Source: Intestinibacter sp. (GTDB lineage: Bacteria > Bacillota > Clostridia > Peptostreptococcales > Peptostreptococcaceae). From it: a stretch of 24,000 nucleotides of DNA. Below, piece after piece: positions 8,990 to 15,985 of this stretch. Numbering within the stretch: position 1 is the stretch's first letter; the number at the start of each line of letters is the position of its first letter. The position numbers were made by a program, and so were the translations under genes. The DNA lies in NCBI RefSeq assembly GCF_034113885.1, contig NZ_JAXEWM010000138.1:1652-25651 (forward strand), given 5' to 3'. Below the pieces are notes generated by a model, which had not been told where the DNA came from, did not search any database, and was given only the letters and a program-made list of their open reading frames with translations.

Positions 8990-9111
8990 AACAAACATCA
9001 AGAAACAAAATTCACCTATTTAGTAGGTGGCGTTTATAGACTTTTGAGTCTCATAACTTATTTACCCACAATATGAGTTATGTTTTGAGGAGATTAGGTT
9101 CTCCTTTTTTT
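8990..9111 (+). ncRNA. Candidate ~120-nt structured RNA (stand-alone sRNA or terminated leader) between promoter 8955-8983 and a terminator
   Basis: Four hairpins. (1) CACCTA/TAGGTG, 9013-9029. (2) TATAGACT/AGTCT-c-ATA, 9035-9054. (3) CATAACTTA/TGAGTTATG, 9052-9082, mutually exclusive with hairpin 2. (4) Terminator AGGAGA/TCTCCT, 9088-9105, followed by a T-run to 9111. No RBS-preceded ORF lies inside. Confidence 0.4.
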
Positions 9112-9163
9112 GTTTTTTGTATTTATAGATTTTTTATAAATATATATAAATTTTACTGTACGA

Positions 9164-9191
9164 TTGATAATTTTGAAATATTTGGTATACT
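9164..9191 (+). promoter_or_regulatory. Sigma-A-type promoter of glyA: TTGATA - 16 nt - TATACT with TGn extended -10
   Basis: -35 TTGATA at 9164-9169, TG at 9183-9184, -10 TATACT at 9186-9191, about 90 nt upstream of the glyA ATG. Confidence 0.55.
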
Positions 9192-9281
9192 GTATATTAT
9201 AAATAATTTTAAGAAAATTGTTGAAATTAGAATATTTCAAAAGTAAATATAAGAAAATTTTATTATGCTTGGAGGTAAAAT

Positions 9282-10523
9282 ATGTTTGAAAATTTAAAAA
9301 TAGCAGATCCAGATTTATATGCTAGCATGAAGAGAGAATTAGTTAGACAACAAAGAAATATAGAGTTAATTGCATCTGAAAACATAGTTTCAGTGCCAGT
9401 TATGGAGGCTATGGGAAGTCATTTAACTAATAAATATGCAGAAGGCTATTCAGGCAAGAGATATTACGGCGGTTGCGCTCATATAGATGAGGTCGAAACT
9501 TTAGCTATAGAAAGAATCAAGAAAGTATTTGGCGCAGAGCATGCAAATGTACAACCACATTCAGGCGCAAATGCAAATTTAGCAGTTTATTTTGCAATGC
9601 TTAAACCAGGAGATAAGGTAATGGGTATGAATTTATCTGAAGGTGGTCACTTAACTCATGGTTCACCAGCGAATATATCAGGAAAATATTTTGATTTTAC
9701 TGAATATGGTATAAATGAAGAAGGCTTAATCGATTACGATGAAGTTAGAAAAATGGCTCTAGAAGTTAAACCTAAGATGATAGTTGCAGGTGCAAGTGCT
9801 TACCCTAGAGAAATAGATTTTAAAAAATTTAAAGAAATTGCAGATGAAGTAGGGGCTTATTTAATGGTAGATATGGCTCATATAGCAGGACTTGTAGCAG
9901 CTGGACTTCACCAAAATCCAGTAGAGGTTGCAGACTTTGTAACAACTACAACTCATAAGACTTTAAGAGGTCCTCGTGGCGGAGTTATACTTTGCAAGGA
10001 AAAATACGCAAAAGCAATAGACAAAGCTATATTCCCAGGAATACAAGGTGGTCCGCTTGAACATATTATAGCTTCAAAGGCAGTTTGCTTTAAGGAAGCA
10101 TTGAGCGATGAATTCAAAGCTTATCAAACTCAAGTCGTTAAAAATGCTAAAAAACTTGCTGAAGAATTATTAAAGAGAGGCTATAAGCTAGTAAGTGGAG
10201 GAACTGACAATCACTTGATTTTATTAGATTTTACAAACAAAGGAATAACAGGTAAGGAAGCTGAAAAATTGTTAGACGAAGCTTACATAACTGTAAATAA
10301 AAACACTGTACCAAATGATCCAAATGGTGCGCTTGTAACTAGCGGTGTTAGAATAGGTACTCCTGCTGTAACTACTAGAGGTATGGTGGAAGAGGATATG
10401 GCTGTAATTGCAGAAGCTATAGATTTATGCTTGAATGATAGAGATTTAGATATGGCTAGAGAATTAGTAATAGGTCTTACTAAGAAATATCCTCTATATG
10501 AAGAATACGATTTAATGGATTAA
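9282..10523 (+). CDS. glyA: Serine hydroxymethyltransferase (canonical)
   Basis: RBS GGAGG. Hallmark motifs: [47 protein letters not shown] (PLP lysine), [30 protein letters not shown]. Confidence 0.95.
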   Translation: MFENLKIADPDLYASMKRELVRQQRNIELIASENIVSVPVMEAMGSHLTNKYAEGYSGKRYYGGCAHIDEVETLAIERIKKVFGAEHANVQPHSGANANLAVYFAMLKPGDKVMGMNLSEGGHLTHGSPANISGKYFDFTEYGINEEGLIDYDEVRKMALEVKPKMIVAGASAYPREIDFKKFKEIADEVGAYLMVDMAHIAGLVAAGLHQNPVEVADFVTTTTHKTLRGPRGGVILCKEKYAKAIDKAIFPGIQGGPLEHIIASKAVCFKEALSDEFKAYQTQVVKNAKKLAEELLKRGYKLVSGGTDNHLILLDFTNKGITGKEAEKLLDEAYITVNKNTVPNDPNGALVTSGVRIGTPAVTTRGMVEEDMAVIAEAIDLCLNDRDLDMARELVIGLTKKYPLYEEYDLMD

Positions 10524-10555
10524 GATTTCTAATTAAAAATAAATAAATACTCTTC

Positions 10556-10606
10556 AAAATCCTATGCGATATATTTAAATATATATTGTATAGGATTTTT
10601 CATTTT
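10556..10606 (+). terminator. Intrinsic terminator after glyA
   Basis: AAAATCCTAT (10556-10565) pairs with ATAGGATTTT (10590-10599). An inner AT palindrome lies between the arms, and the tail reads TTTTTCATTTTT. Confidence 0.7.
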
Positions 10607-10650
10607 TAAAAAGAATTAAAATTTATTTCGTATATATGATAGAAAAATAC

Positions 10651-10708
10651 TAATTTGATAATATATTTTAACGTATAAAATATGTTAATATTTAATCATA
10701 AAAGCTAA
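10651..10708 (+). promoter_or_regulatory. Shared upstream block, copy A: palindromic operator ATATTTTA-N5-TAAAATAT overlapping an extended -10 (TGtTAATAT)
   Basis: 49/58 nt are identical to 12731-12788. The palindrome spans 10663-10683 and the extended -10 spans 10683-10691. TTGATA at 10655-10660 is a possible -35. Confidence 0.6.
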
Positions 10709-10725
10709 AATGGGGGATGAAATAT

Positions 10726-11955
10726 ATGGATAAAAGCACAATAAAAAATTTAATGAATGAGTACAAAAGACCTTTTTATATTTACGATGAAGAGGTAATA
10801 GATGAGCAAATACAAAAGCTAAAAGATAATTTTCCTGAATTTGAGTTTTTATATTCTATAAAGACAAATCCAAATGAAAATATAGTAAAATTCATAGCGA
10901 AAAATGGCATAGGCTCAGATGCTGCATCAAAAAATGAGGTCTTAAAATCAGTAAAGGCGAATATCCCAAAGGAAAAAATAATATACTCATCAGCAGGAAA
11001 AACTAAAAGCGATATAGAGGATACTTACGATAAATGTATAATCACAGCAGATAGCTACCATGAGTTAGAGATAATAAATCAAGTTGCTAAAGAGCATGGA
11101 GAAATTTTTAGAGTAGGGCTTAGAATTAATCCAAATTATTCTATGGACTCAGACAGCGCCGTTTCAAGCAAATTTGGTGTAGATGAAGAGAGCTTATTAG
11201 AACACATAGATTTTATAAATTCTCTAAAAAACATAAAAATATGTGGAATACATGTGCATCTAAGATCACAGGTGTTAGATTACGAGGTTTTATATAATTA
11301 TTATAAGGATATATTCGACTTAGCTGTTTTTTGTATAGACGAGATGGGATTTGATATGGACTATATAAATTTCGGCGGTGGACTTGGAATTGCATATTCT
11401 GATAGAAATGAAGAATTGAAAATAGATTTTTTAGGTCAAAAATGCAGAGAATTAGTAAAACAATTTAAGAAAAAATTGAATTGCAGACTTATCATAGAAT
11501 CAGGTAGATTTATAATATGTAGAGCCGGTACATATGTGACTTATGTAATTGATAAAAAATCTTCAAGGAGTATAAATTATCTAATTGTCGCAAATGGATA
11601 TAACGGATTTCATAAACCGAGTCTTGCTGAATTAGTCGTGAGCTATTCACAATTACCTAGAGAAAATTTAAAAGCGACAGAGCCTATATTTACAGCGTAT
11701 GATGCAAACCAAGTAGATATTTTAACTGAAGCTAACGAAAAAGAATTAGTCACAGTATGTGGAAATTTATGTACAGCAGCTGATTTGCTAGGCAAAAATC
11801 TAGAGCTGCCAAAGGCTGAAATAGGCGATATAGTCACAGTTTCAAATGCTGGAAGCTACGGATTTACGCTAAGTCCGATTTTATTTTCTAGCCATGAGAT
11901 ACCTTATGAAATTTACTTAGATTCAGAAAAAAACGTGATAATAAATAAATATTAA
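10726..11955 (+). CDS. PLP-dependent decarboxylase, Orn/DAP/Arg decarboxylase family (fold type III), substrate unknown
   Basis: The ORF track starts at 10717, but GGGGGA (10712-10717) favours the in-frame ATG 10726 (MDKSTIKNL...). Motifs: YSIKTNPN (PLP Lys), HVHLRSQ, FGGGLGIAY, ESGRFI, CGNLCTAAD, GSYGF. Confidence 0.8.
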   Translation: MDKSTIKNLMNEYKRPFYIYDEEVIDEQIQKLKDNFPEFEFLYSIKTNPNENIVKFIAKNGIGSDAASKNEVLKSVKANIPKEKIIYSSAGKTKSDIEDTYDKCIITADSYHELEIINQVAKEHGEIFRVGLRINPNYSMDSDSAVSSKFGVDEESLLEHIDFINSLKNIKICGIHVHLRSQVLDYEVLYNYYKDIFDLAVFCIDEMGFDMDYINFGGGLGIAYSDRNEELKIDFLGQKCRELVKQFKKKLNCRLIIESGRFIICRAGTYVTYVIDKKSSRSINYLIVANGYNGFHKPSLAELVVSYSQLPRENLKATEPIFTAYDANQVDILTEANEKELVTVCGNLCTAADLLGKNLELPKAEIGDIVTVSNAGSYGFTLSPILFSSHEIPYEIYLDSEKNVIINKY

Positions 11956-12033
11956 GCGATATATAGAAGAATTTTCCATAAAAATGGGATATAATATAAA
12001 TATATTTATTTTTGCATAAAAGGAGGAATACTC

Positions 12034-12642
12034 ATGGACAATAAAGCTATGTTTAAAATAGGTTATGGACTTTATGTCGTAACTGCAGAGGAAAACGGCA
12101 AACACAATGGATGTATAGTAAATACAACAATACAAGTTACAAGTACACCTAATTTTATATCAATAACTGTTAACAAAAAAAATAAAACTCACGATATGAT
12201 TAAAAACACAAGAAAAGTGAATGTATCTATACTTACAGAAAAAGCAAGCTTTGATATATTTAAACGCTTTGGATTCCAAAGTGGAGCAGATGTTGATAAA
12301 TTTGCTGGATACACAAATATGAAAAAATCACCTAATGGATTATACTACATAACTGAAGCTACAAATGCATATATATCAGCATATGTTCAACAAGCTATAG
12401 ATCTTGGAACTCATACTATGTTTATAGCACAAGTGGTAGCTGCAGAGGTTTTAAGCGAAGATAAAACTCTTACTTATGACTATTATCAAGAAAACGTAAA
12501 ACCAAAACCAGAACCTGTTAAAGCTAAAAAAGGCTATAGATGTGTAATCTGCAACTATGTTTACGAAGGTGATGAATTGCCACCAGACTTTATATGTCCA
12601 ATTTGTAAGCATGGTGCTAGCGATTTTGAAAAAATACAATAA
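12034..12642 (+). CDS. Flavin-reductase-like domain fused to a C-terminal rubredoxin (high-molecular-weight rubredoxin type)
   Basis: RBS AAGGAGGA. The N-terminal GLYVVTAEENGKHNGCIVNT is typical of the flavin-reductase split barrel. The C-terminus carries CVIC..(x)..CPIC rubredoxin knuckles. No terminator separates it from the decarboxylase gene. Confidence 0.8.
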   Translation: MDNKAMFKIGYGLYVVTAEENGKHNGCIVNTTIQVTSTPNFISITVNKKNKTHDMIKNTRKVNVSILTEKASFDIFKRFGFQSGADVDKFAGYTNMKKSPNGLYYITEATNAYISAYVQQAIDLGTHTMFIAQVVAAEVLSEDKTLTYDYYQENVKPKPEPVKAKKGYRCVICNYVYEGDELPPDFICPICKHGASDFEKIQ

Positions 12643-12650
12643 TCGAGGAC

Positions 12651-12689
12651 AGAGGTTGAAAGCGAAATTTTTCGGCCTCTTATTTTTTT
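12651..12689 (+). terminator. Intrinsic terminator after the flavin-reductase-rubredoxin gene
   Basis: AGAGGTTGAAA (12651-12661) pairs with TTTCGGCCTCT (12670-12680), 11 bp with two G-U wobbles, followed by TATTTTTTT. Confidence 0.75.
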
Positions 12690-12730
12690 ACGAAATACTT
12701 CTAAAATGTCGGAAAAGTTAAAAAATAGTT

Positions 12731-12788
12731 CTGTTTTAATAATATATTTTAGCGCATAAAATATGATAATATTTAAACATAGAAGTTA
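12731..12788 (+). promoter_or_regulatory. Shared upstream block, copy B: same palindrome ATATTTTA-N5-TAAAATAT plus extended -10 (TGaTAATAT)
   Basis: 49/58 nt are identical to 10651-10708. The palindrome spans 12743-12763 and the extended -10 spans 12763-12771. Confidence 0.6.
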
Positions 12789-12851
12789 AGAAAACGAAAA
12801 TAATAAAACATTAAAAATAAAATTTTGGGGTAACCTTAGGAGGAGTAAAAT

Positions 12852-14105
12852 ATGTTAAAAACAACTAAAATCACAGATCCAGAAGTATACGCTATAGTAG
12901 CAGATGAATTAGAAAGACAAAAATATAATATAGAAATGATAGCATCAGAAAGTTCAGCACCAACTGAAATATTAGAATTAATGGGATGCGTATTCGTAAA
13001 TAAAACTGAAGAAGGTCTTCCAGGAAAAAGATATCAAGCAGGTTCTCAACATGCTGATAGAATAGAAAACTTATGTATAGAAAGAGCTAAAGAAGCTTTC
13101 GGTTGTGAATATGTAAACGTACAAGCTTATTCAGGAGCAACTGCAAACTATACAGCATTCAACGCTGTATTAGATCCAGGGGATAAAATATTAGCAATGA
13201 GACTTGACCACGGCGGACATTTAAGTCATGGTTCAGCAGCAAACTTTATGAGTAAAATATTTAACTACAAACATTATGGTGTAAATGATGACGGTGTAAT
13301 CGACTATGATCAAGTTGAACAAATGGCATTAGAATTCCAACCTAAAATGATAATAGCAGGGGCTAGTGCTTATCCAAGACTAATAGATTATAAGAGATTT
13401 AGAGAAATAGCTGATAAAGTAGGAGCTTATTTATTAGTAGATATGGCTCATATTTCAGGACTTATAGGAGCTGGTGTAATTCCTTCTCCAATCCCATATG
13501 CTGATTTTGCAACATCTTCTTGTTCAAAAACAATATGCGGTCCTAGAGGTGGATTCGTAATGTGTAAAGAAAAATATGCAAAACAATTAAATAGAGCTAC
13601 ATTCCCAGGAACTCTAGGTTCTATCCAAATAAATGGTATAGCTGCAAAAGCTAACATGTTCAAGAGAGTTAGAGAACCAGAATTTATAGCTACAATGCAA
13701 AGAGTTCTAGACAACGCAAAAACTTTAGCAGCAGAATTAGAAAAAAGAGGATTCAACATAGTAAGTGGTGGAACTGACAATCACATAGTATTAGTTGACT
13801 TAAGAGCAAAAGGAATAACTGGTAAACAATTTGACCAAACTCTAGAAAAAATAGGTATAACAGTTAATAAAAATGCTATACCAAATGATCCAGAAAGTCC
13901 ATTCGTAACAAGTGGTGTTCGTATAGGTCTTACTGCAACATCTGAAAGAGGATTCGGCGCAGCTGAAATGGCAGAAATCGCTGATATAATGAATACAGTA
14001 GCTGAAAACATCGATAACCAAGAAGTTTTAGACGAATGTAAAGCAAAAGCTAGAGCATTAGCTGCTAGATTCCCATTATACCCAGATGGATATTTTGAAG
14101 ACTAA
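12852..14105 (+). CDS. Divergent serine hydroxymethyltransferase-family PLP enzyme (second glyA-like paralogue)
   Basis: RBS AGGAGGAG. It keeps the SHMT fold motifs GGHLSHGS, VDMAHISGL, GPRGG, SGGTDNH, VNKNAIPNDP, TSGVRIG. Three conserved motifs are changed: NKTEEGLPGKRYQAGS, ATSSCSKTICGPRGG and LGSIQ replace the canonical versions. Confidence 0.85.
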   Translation: MLKTTKITDPEVYAIVADELERQKYNIEMIASESSAPTEILELMGCVFVNKTEEGLPGKRYQAGSQHADRIENLCIERAKEAFGCEYVNVQAYSGATANYTAFNAVLDPGDKILAMRLDHGGHLSHGSAANFMSKIFNYKHYGVNDDGVIDYDQVEQMALEFQPKMIIAGASAYPRLIDYKRFREIADKVGAYLLVDMAHISGLIGAGVIPSPIPYADFATSSCSKTICGPRGGFVMCKEKYAKQLNRATFPGTLGSIQINGIAAKANMFKRVREPEFIATMQRVLDNAKTLAAELEKRGFNIVSGGTDNHIVLVDLRAKGITGKQFDQTLEKIGITVNKNAIPNDPESPFVTSGVRIGLTATSERGFGAAEMAEIADIMNTVAENIDNQEVLDECKAKARALAARFPLYPDGYFED

Positions 14106-14155
14106 TTTGTGATAATAGTTAAATACGATAATTAAATAAAAATTATTATATATAT

Positions 14156-14190
14156 GGCGGACTTGTTAAAAAGTCCGTCTATTTTGTTTT
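14156..14190 (+). terminator. Intrinsic terminator after the second SHMT gene
   Basis: GGCGGACTT (14156-14164) pairs with AAGTCCGTC (14171-14179), followed by TATTTTGTTTT. Confidence 0.75.
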
Positions 14191-14378
14191 GAAAAAAGGA
14201 TTACTAAAGCACTATAACAATAACTCCGCTCCGTATGAATATGTTAAAGGATTTTGTGAGATTATGTATGAAATAAATTTTGTTGGGACATAATATAACC
14301 AAGAATTTGTATAAAAGTAAAAATATTCAAGATTGGGGATTTCTATAATAAATTGCTAAAATAATGAGGAGGTTTATT

Positions 14379-15509
14379 ATGTTTCGACAAGAACATTCAA
14401 ATATGTTTAGTTCTAAAAAAGTTAAATCAATGGTAGATAATTTAAATATAGAGGAAATGAATTCTTTAATAGCGCTAGCTCAAGCAAAATTAAAAAATTT
14501 GTATAATTTAGGCTTTTATGATGAAAAAGAGGGAAAAGACAAAATTTTGGAAGGTAGATTTAAAAAAGGTCTTAAATGCCCTAAATGTGGGAATTCAGAG
14601 CTAAATAAAAATGGAAAAACATATGGTCGTCAAAGATATATTTGCAAAAAATGTAGAAGAACTTTTGACGAAAGAAGTCTTTCTCCTCTTTCAAATACAA
14701 AATTGAGCTTGGAAAAATGGCTAAAATATTGTCAATTCATGATACAAGGTGGAACCATTAGAATGTGCGCTGAAGAAGTAGGAGTTAGTGTACCGACTGC
14801 ATTTTTTATGCGTCATAGAATTTTGGATGTGATTAATGTATCTTTAAAAGATGAAATTTTAGAGGGGATAGTTGAGACAGAGGCTTGTTATATCAACGAA
14901 TCATTCAAAGGATCACCTGTTTATAGCCATTCTGATGAAAAATATTTTAAAACATTTGATAAAAGTAGGGTGCCTTATCTGGGCATTCATTTTAATACAA
15001 TTGTAGGTATGATGGCAAGCAGAAAGAATATCAAGCAGGGTCAAATTTGTATTAATACGGCAATTGATAAAAAAGGACATATACTTACAAGAATAGTAGA
15101 TAATGATTTTGGAAAAAGTAATAATAAAATCAAATCTAGAAATATGGTGTCATTTTTTGAAGGGAAAGTAGAAAAAGATGCAACTTTATGTGTGTATTCA
15201 TGGAAGTATAGTAAAGTAGCTAGAGAGCTAGATTTAAAACTAGTAAAAGTGTTTAACCAAAGTAATCCTATTTATAACGTAAAACGTGTTTTTAAATATA
15301 ATAGAGAATTAAGAGAATGGATGAGAAATTTTAATGGTGTTGCTACTAAATATTTAAATAATTATTTAATATGGTTTAAATTTTTATTTATAAGTAGAAA
15401 ATATAAAGAATTTAATCGAATAAAGGAATTATTTATGGAATTAGCGACAAGGAATCTTTATATTACTCAGTATATGATAAAGAATAGATTTGTAGAATTA
15501 TTGCAGTGA
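14379..15509 (+). CDS. IS1595-family (ISXO2-like) transposase-like protein with N-terminal zinc ribbon; catalytic triad possibly degenerate
   Basis: The ORF track starts at 14364, but that codon overlaps AGGAGG (14367-14372), so the in-frame ATG 14379 (MFRQEH...) is preferred. Zinc ribbon: CPKCGNSELNKNGKTYGRQRYICKKCRRTF. HTH-like: KWLKYCQFMIQGGTIRMCAEEVGVSVPTAFFMRHRI. The C-terminal NGVATKYLNNYLIWFKFLF resembles the tail of the IS1595 DDE domain. Confidence 0.65.
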   Translation: MFRQEHSNMFSSKKVKSMVDNLNIEEMNSLIALAQAKLKNLYNLGFYDEKEGKDKILEGRFKKGLKCPKCGNSELNKNGKTYGRQRYICKKCRRTFDERSLSPLSNTKLSLEKWLKYCQFMIQGGTIRMCAEEVGVSVPTAFFMRHRILDVINVSLKDEILEGIVETEACYINESFKGSPVYSHSDEKYFKTFDKSRVPYLGIHFNTIVGMMASRKNIKQGQICINTAIDKKGHILTRIVDNDFGKSNNKIKSRNMVSFFEGKVEKDATLCVYSWKYSKVARELDLKLVKVFNQSNPIYNVKRVFKYNRELREWMRNFNGVATKYLNNYLIWFKFLFISRKYKEFNRIKELFMELATRNLYITQYMIKNRFVELLQ

Positions 15510-15683
15510 TTGTTTTATAATTTTGTAGCATGTAAAAAATGAAATATGCCTACGGCAAAGATAGCAATATTAATCACAAAGTTATTTAATATATTCATAA
15601 TGGTTACAATGGATAAGATGAGCAGATTGAAGAATGATTGTGATTTAGGGGCTAAAAAATTTGGAGAAATTTTGAAAATTTTC

Positions 15684-15711
15684 TTGCTAAAATAAAAATA
15701 TGTGTTATAAT
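15684..15711 (+). promoter_or_regulatory. Strong sigma-A-type promoter: TTGCTA - 16 nt - TGtTATAAT
   Basis: -35 TTGCTA at 15684-15689, TG at 15703-15704, consensus -10 TATAAT at 15706-15711. No ORF with an RBS follows for more than 500 nt. Confidence 0.65.
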
Positions 15712-15717
15712 TCATAA

Positions 15718-15830
15718 TATAAAAATTAAAACAAAGGTCTATAGTGGAATCTATGATTTCATCGATAAACCTGATAAGTTTAATTTGATATTACATTTTC
15801 ATAGATAGTATTCGTAGATCTGTCTTAACC
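15718..15830 (+). ncRNA. Candidate structured RNA unit 1 (Y-RNA-like rod); boundaries approximate
   Basis: Nested helices. P1: GGTCTA 15736-15741 with TAGATC 15815-15820. P2: ATCTATGA 15749-15756 with TCATAGAT 15799-15806. P3: ATCGA 15761-15765 with TTGAT 15785-15789. P4: TAAAC 15766-15770 with GTTTA 15778-15782. The apical loop is CTGATAA. G-U wobbles exist only on the + strand. Confidence 0.35.
15739..15766 (+). repeat. 28-nt conserved module, copy 1 (CTATAGtGGaAtCTATGATTTCATCGAT)
   Basis: 25/28 nt are identical to 15845-15872, in direct orientation with a 106-nt offset. Confidence 0.85.
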
Positions 15831-15838
15831 AAATAAAT

Positions 15839-15950
15839 ATATGCCTATAGCGGGAACTATGATTTCATCGATCTTGAGGAAAAGAATACATATTTAAACA
15901 ATAGTTAAAAAGCTAATTTGTTATATAGATATGAACTACTATATGCGTTA
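15839..15950 (+). ncRNA. Candidate structured RNA unit 2 (paralogue of unit 1); boundaries approximate
   Basis: It carries the same 28-nt module. P2': AACTAT 15855-15860 with ATAGTT 15901-15906, showing a compensatory T-A to A-T change relative to unit 1. Apical hairpin: TCTT 15872-15875 with AAGA 15882-15885. Outer helix: ATGC-C-TATAG 15841-15850 with CTATA-T-GCGT 15939-15948. Confidence 0.3.
15845..15872 (+). repeat. 28-nt conserved module, copy 2 (CTATAGcGGgAaCTATGATTTCATCGAT)
   Basis: 25/28 nt are identical to 15739-15766. The three differences fall in or next to the hairpin-loop positions. Confidence 0.85.
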
Positions 15951-15985
15951 AGTAGAGATGAGCATGTCTATATAAATTAAATTTA

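Noticed and set aside
9173-9240. TTGAAAT-N6-ATTTCAA palindrome (9221-9240) and TTGAAATA (9173-9180) in the glyA promoter and 5'UTR as a possible operator
   Set aside because: The arms are 7 bp and A/T-dominated, there is no second copy elsewhere in the window, and it matches no binding site I can name. The evidence is too weak for a finding.
8990-9281. A known riboswitch or T-box upstream of glyA
   Set aside because: I could not find the conserved cores I remember for ZTP/pfl (GGGUCGUGAC..CCGCCUGGGC), THF, glycine or T-box (GGUGGUACCGCG-like) elements. The RNA is also too short for a T-box. It is therefore reported only as an unclassified structured RNA.
15515-15715. Minus-strand ORF of 66 aa (hydrophobic) downstream of the transposase-like gene
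   Set aside because: No RBS precedes its start. The start codon lies inside the -10 region of the strong + strand promoter. The hydrophobic composition is what AT-rich DNA yields when translated. A 31-codon + strand ORF at 15600-15695 likewise lacks an RBS.
14191-15720. Terminal inverted repeats and target-site duplication delimiting an IS element around the transposase-like gene
   Set aside because: Comparing 14191-14378 by eye with the reverse complement of 15510-15720 gave only 5-6 nt matches. No mobile_element boundaries are therefore called.
15766-15782. Anticodon-arm-like hairpin (5-bp stem, loop CUGAUAA, which would read as anticodon GAU) as part of a tRNA-Ile gene
   Set aside because: No acceptor stem, no canonical D-arm spacing and no T-arm (GTTCRANNC) can be built around it. 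It is treated as the apical hairpin of the candidate structured RNA, not as a tRNA.
15739-15872. The two 28-nt repeats as a CRISPR array
   Set aside because: There are only two copies, they are 25/28 rather than fully identical, the intervening sequence is 78 nt, and no cas genes lie nearby. The repeats instead take part in conserved pairings with downstream sequence.
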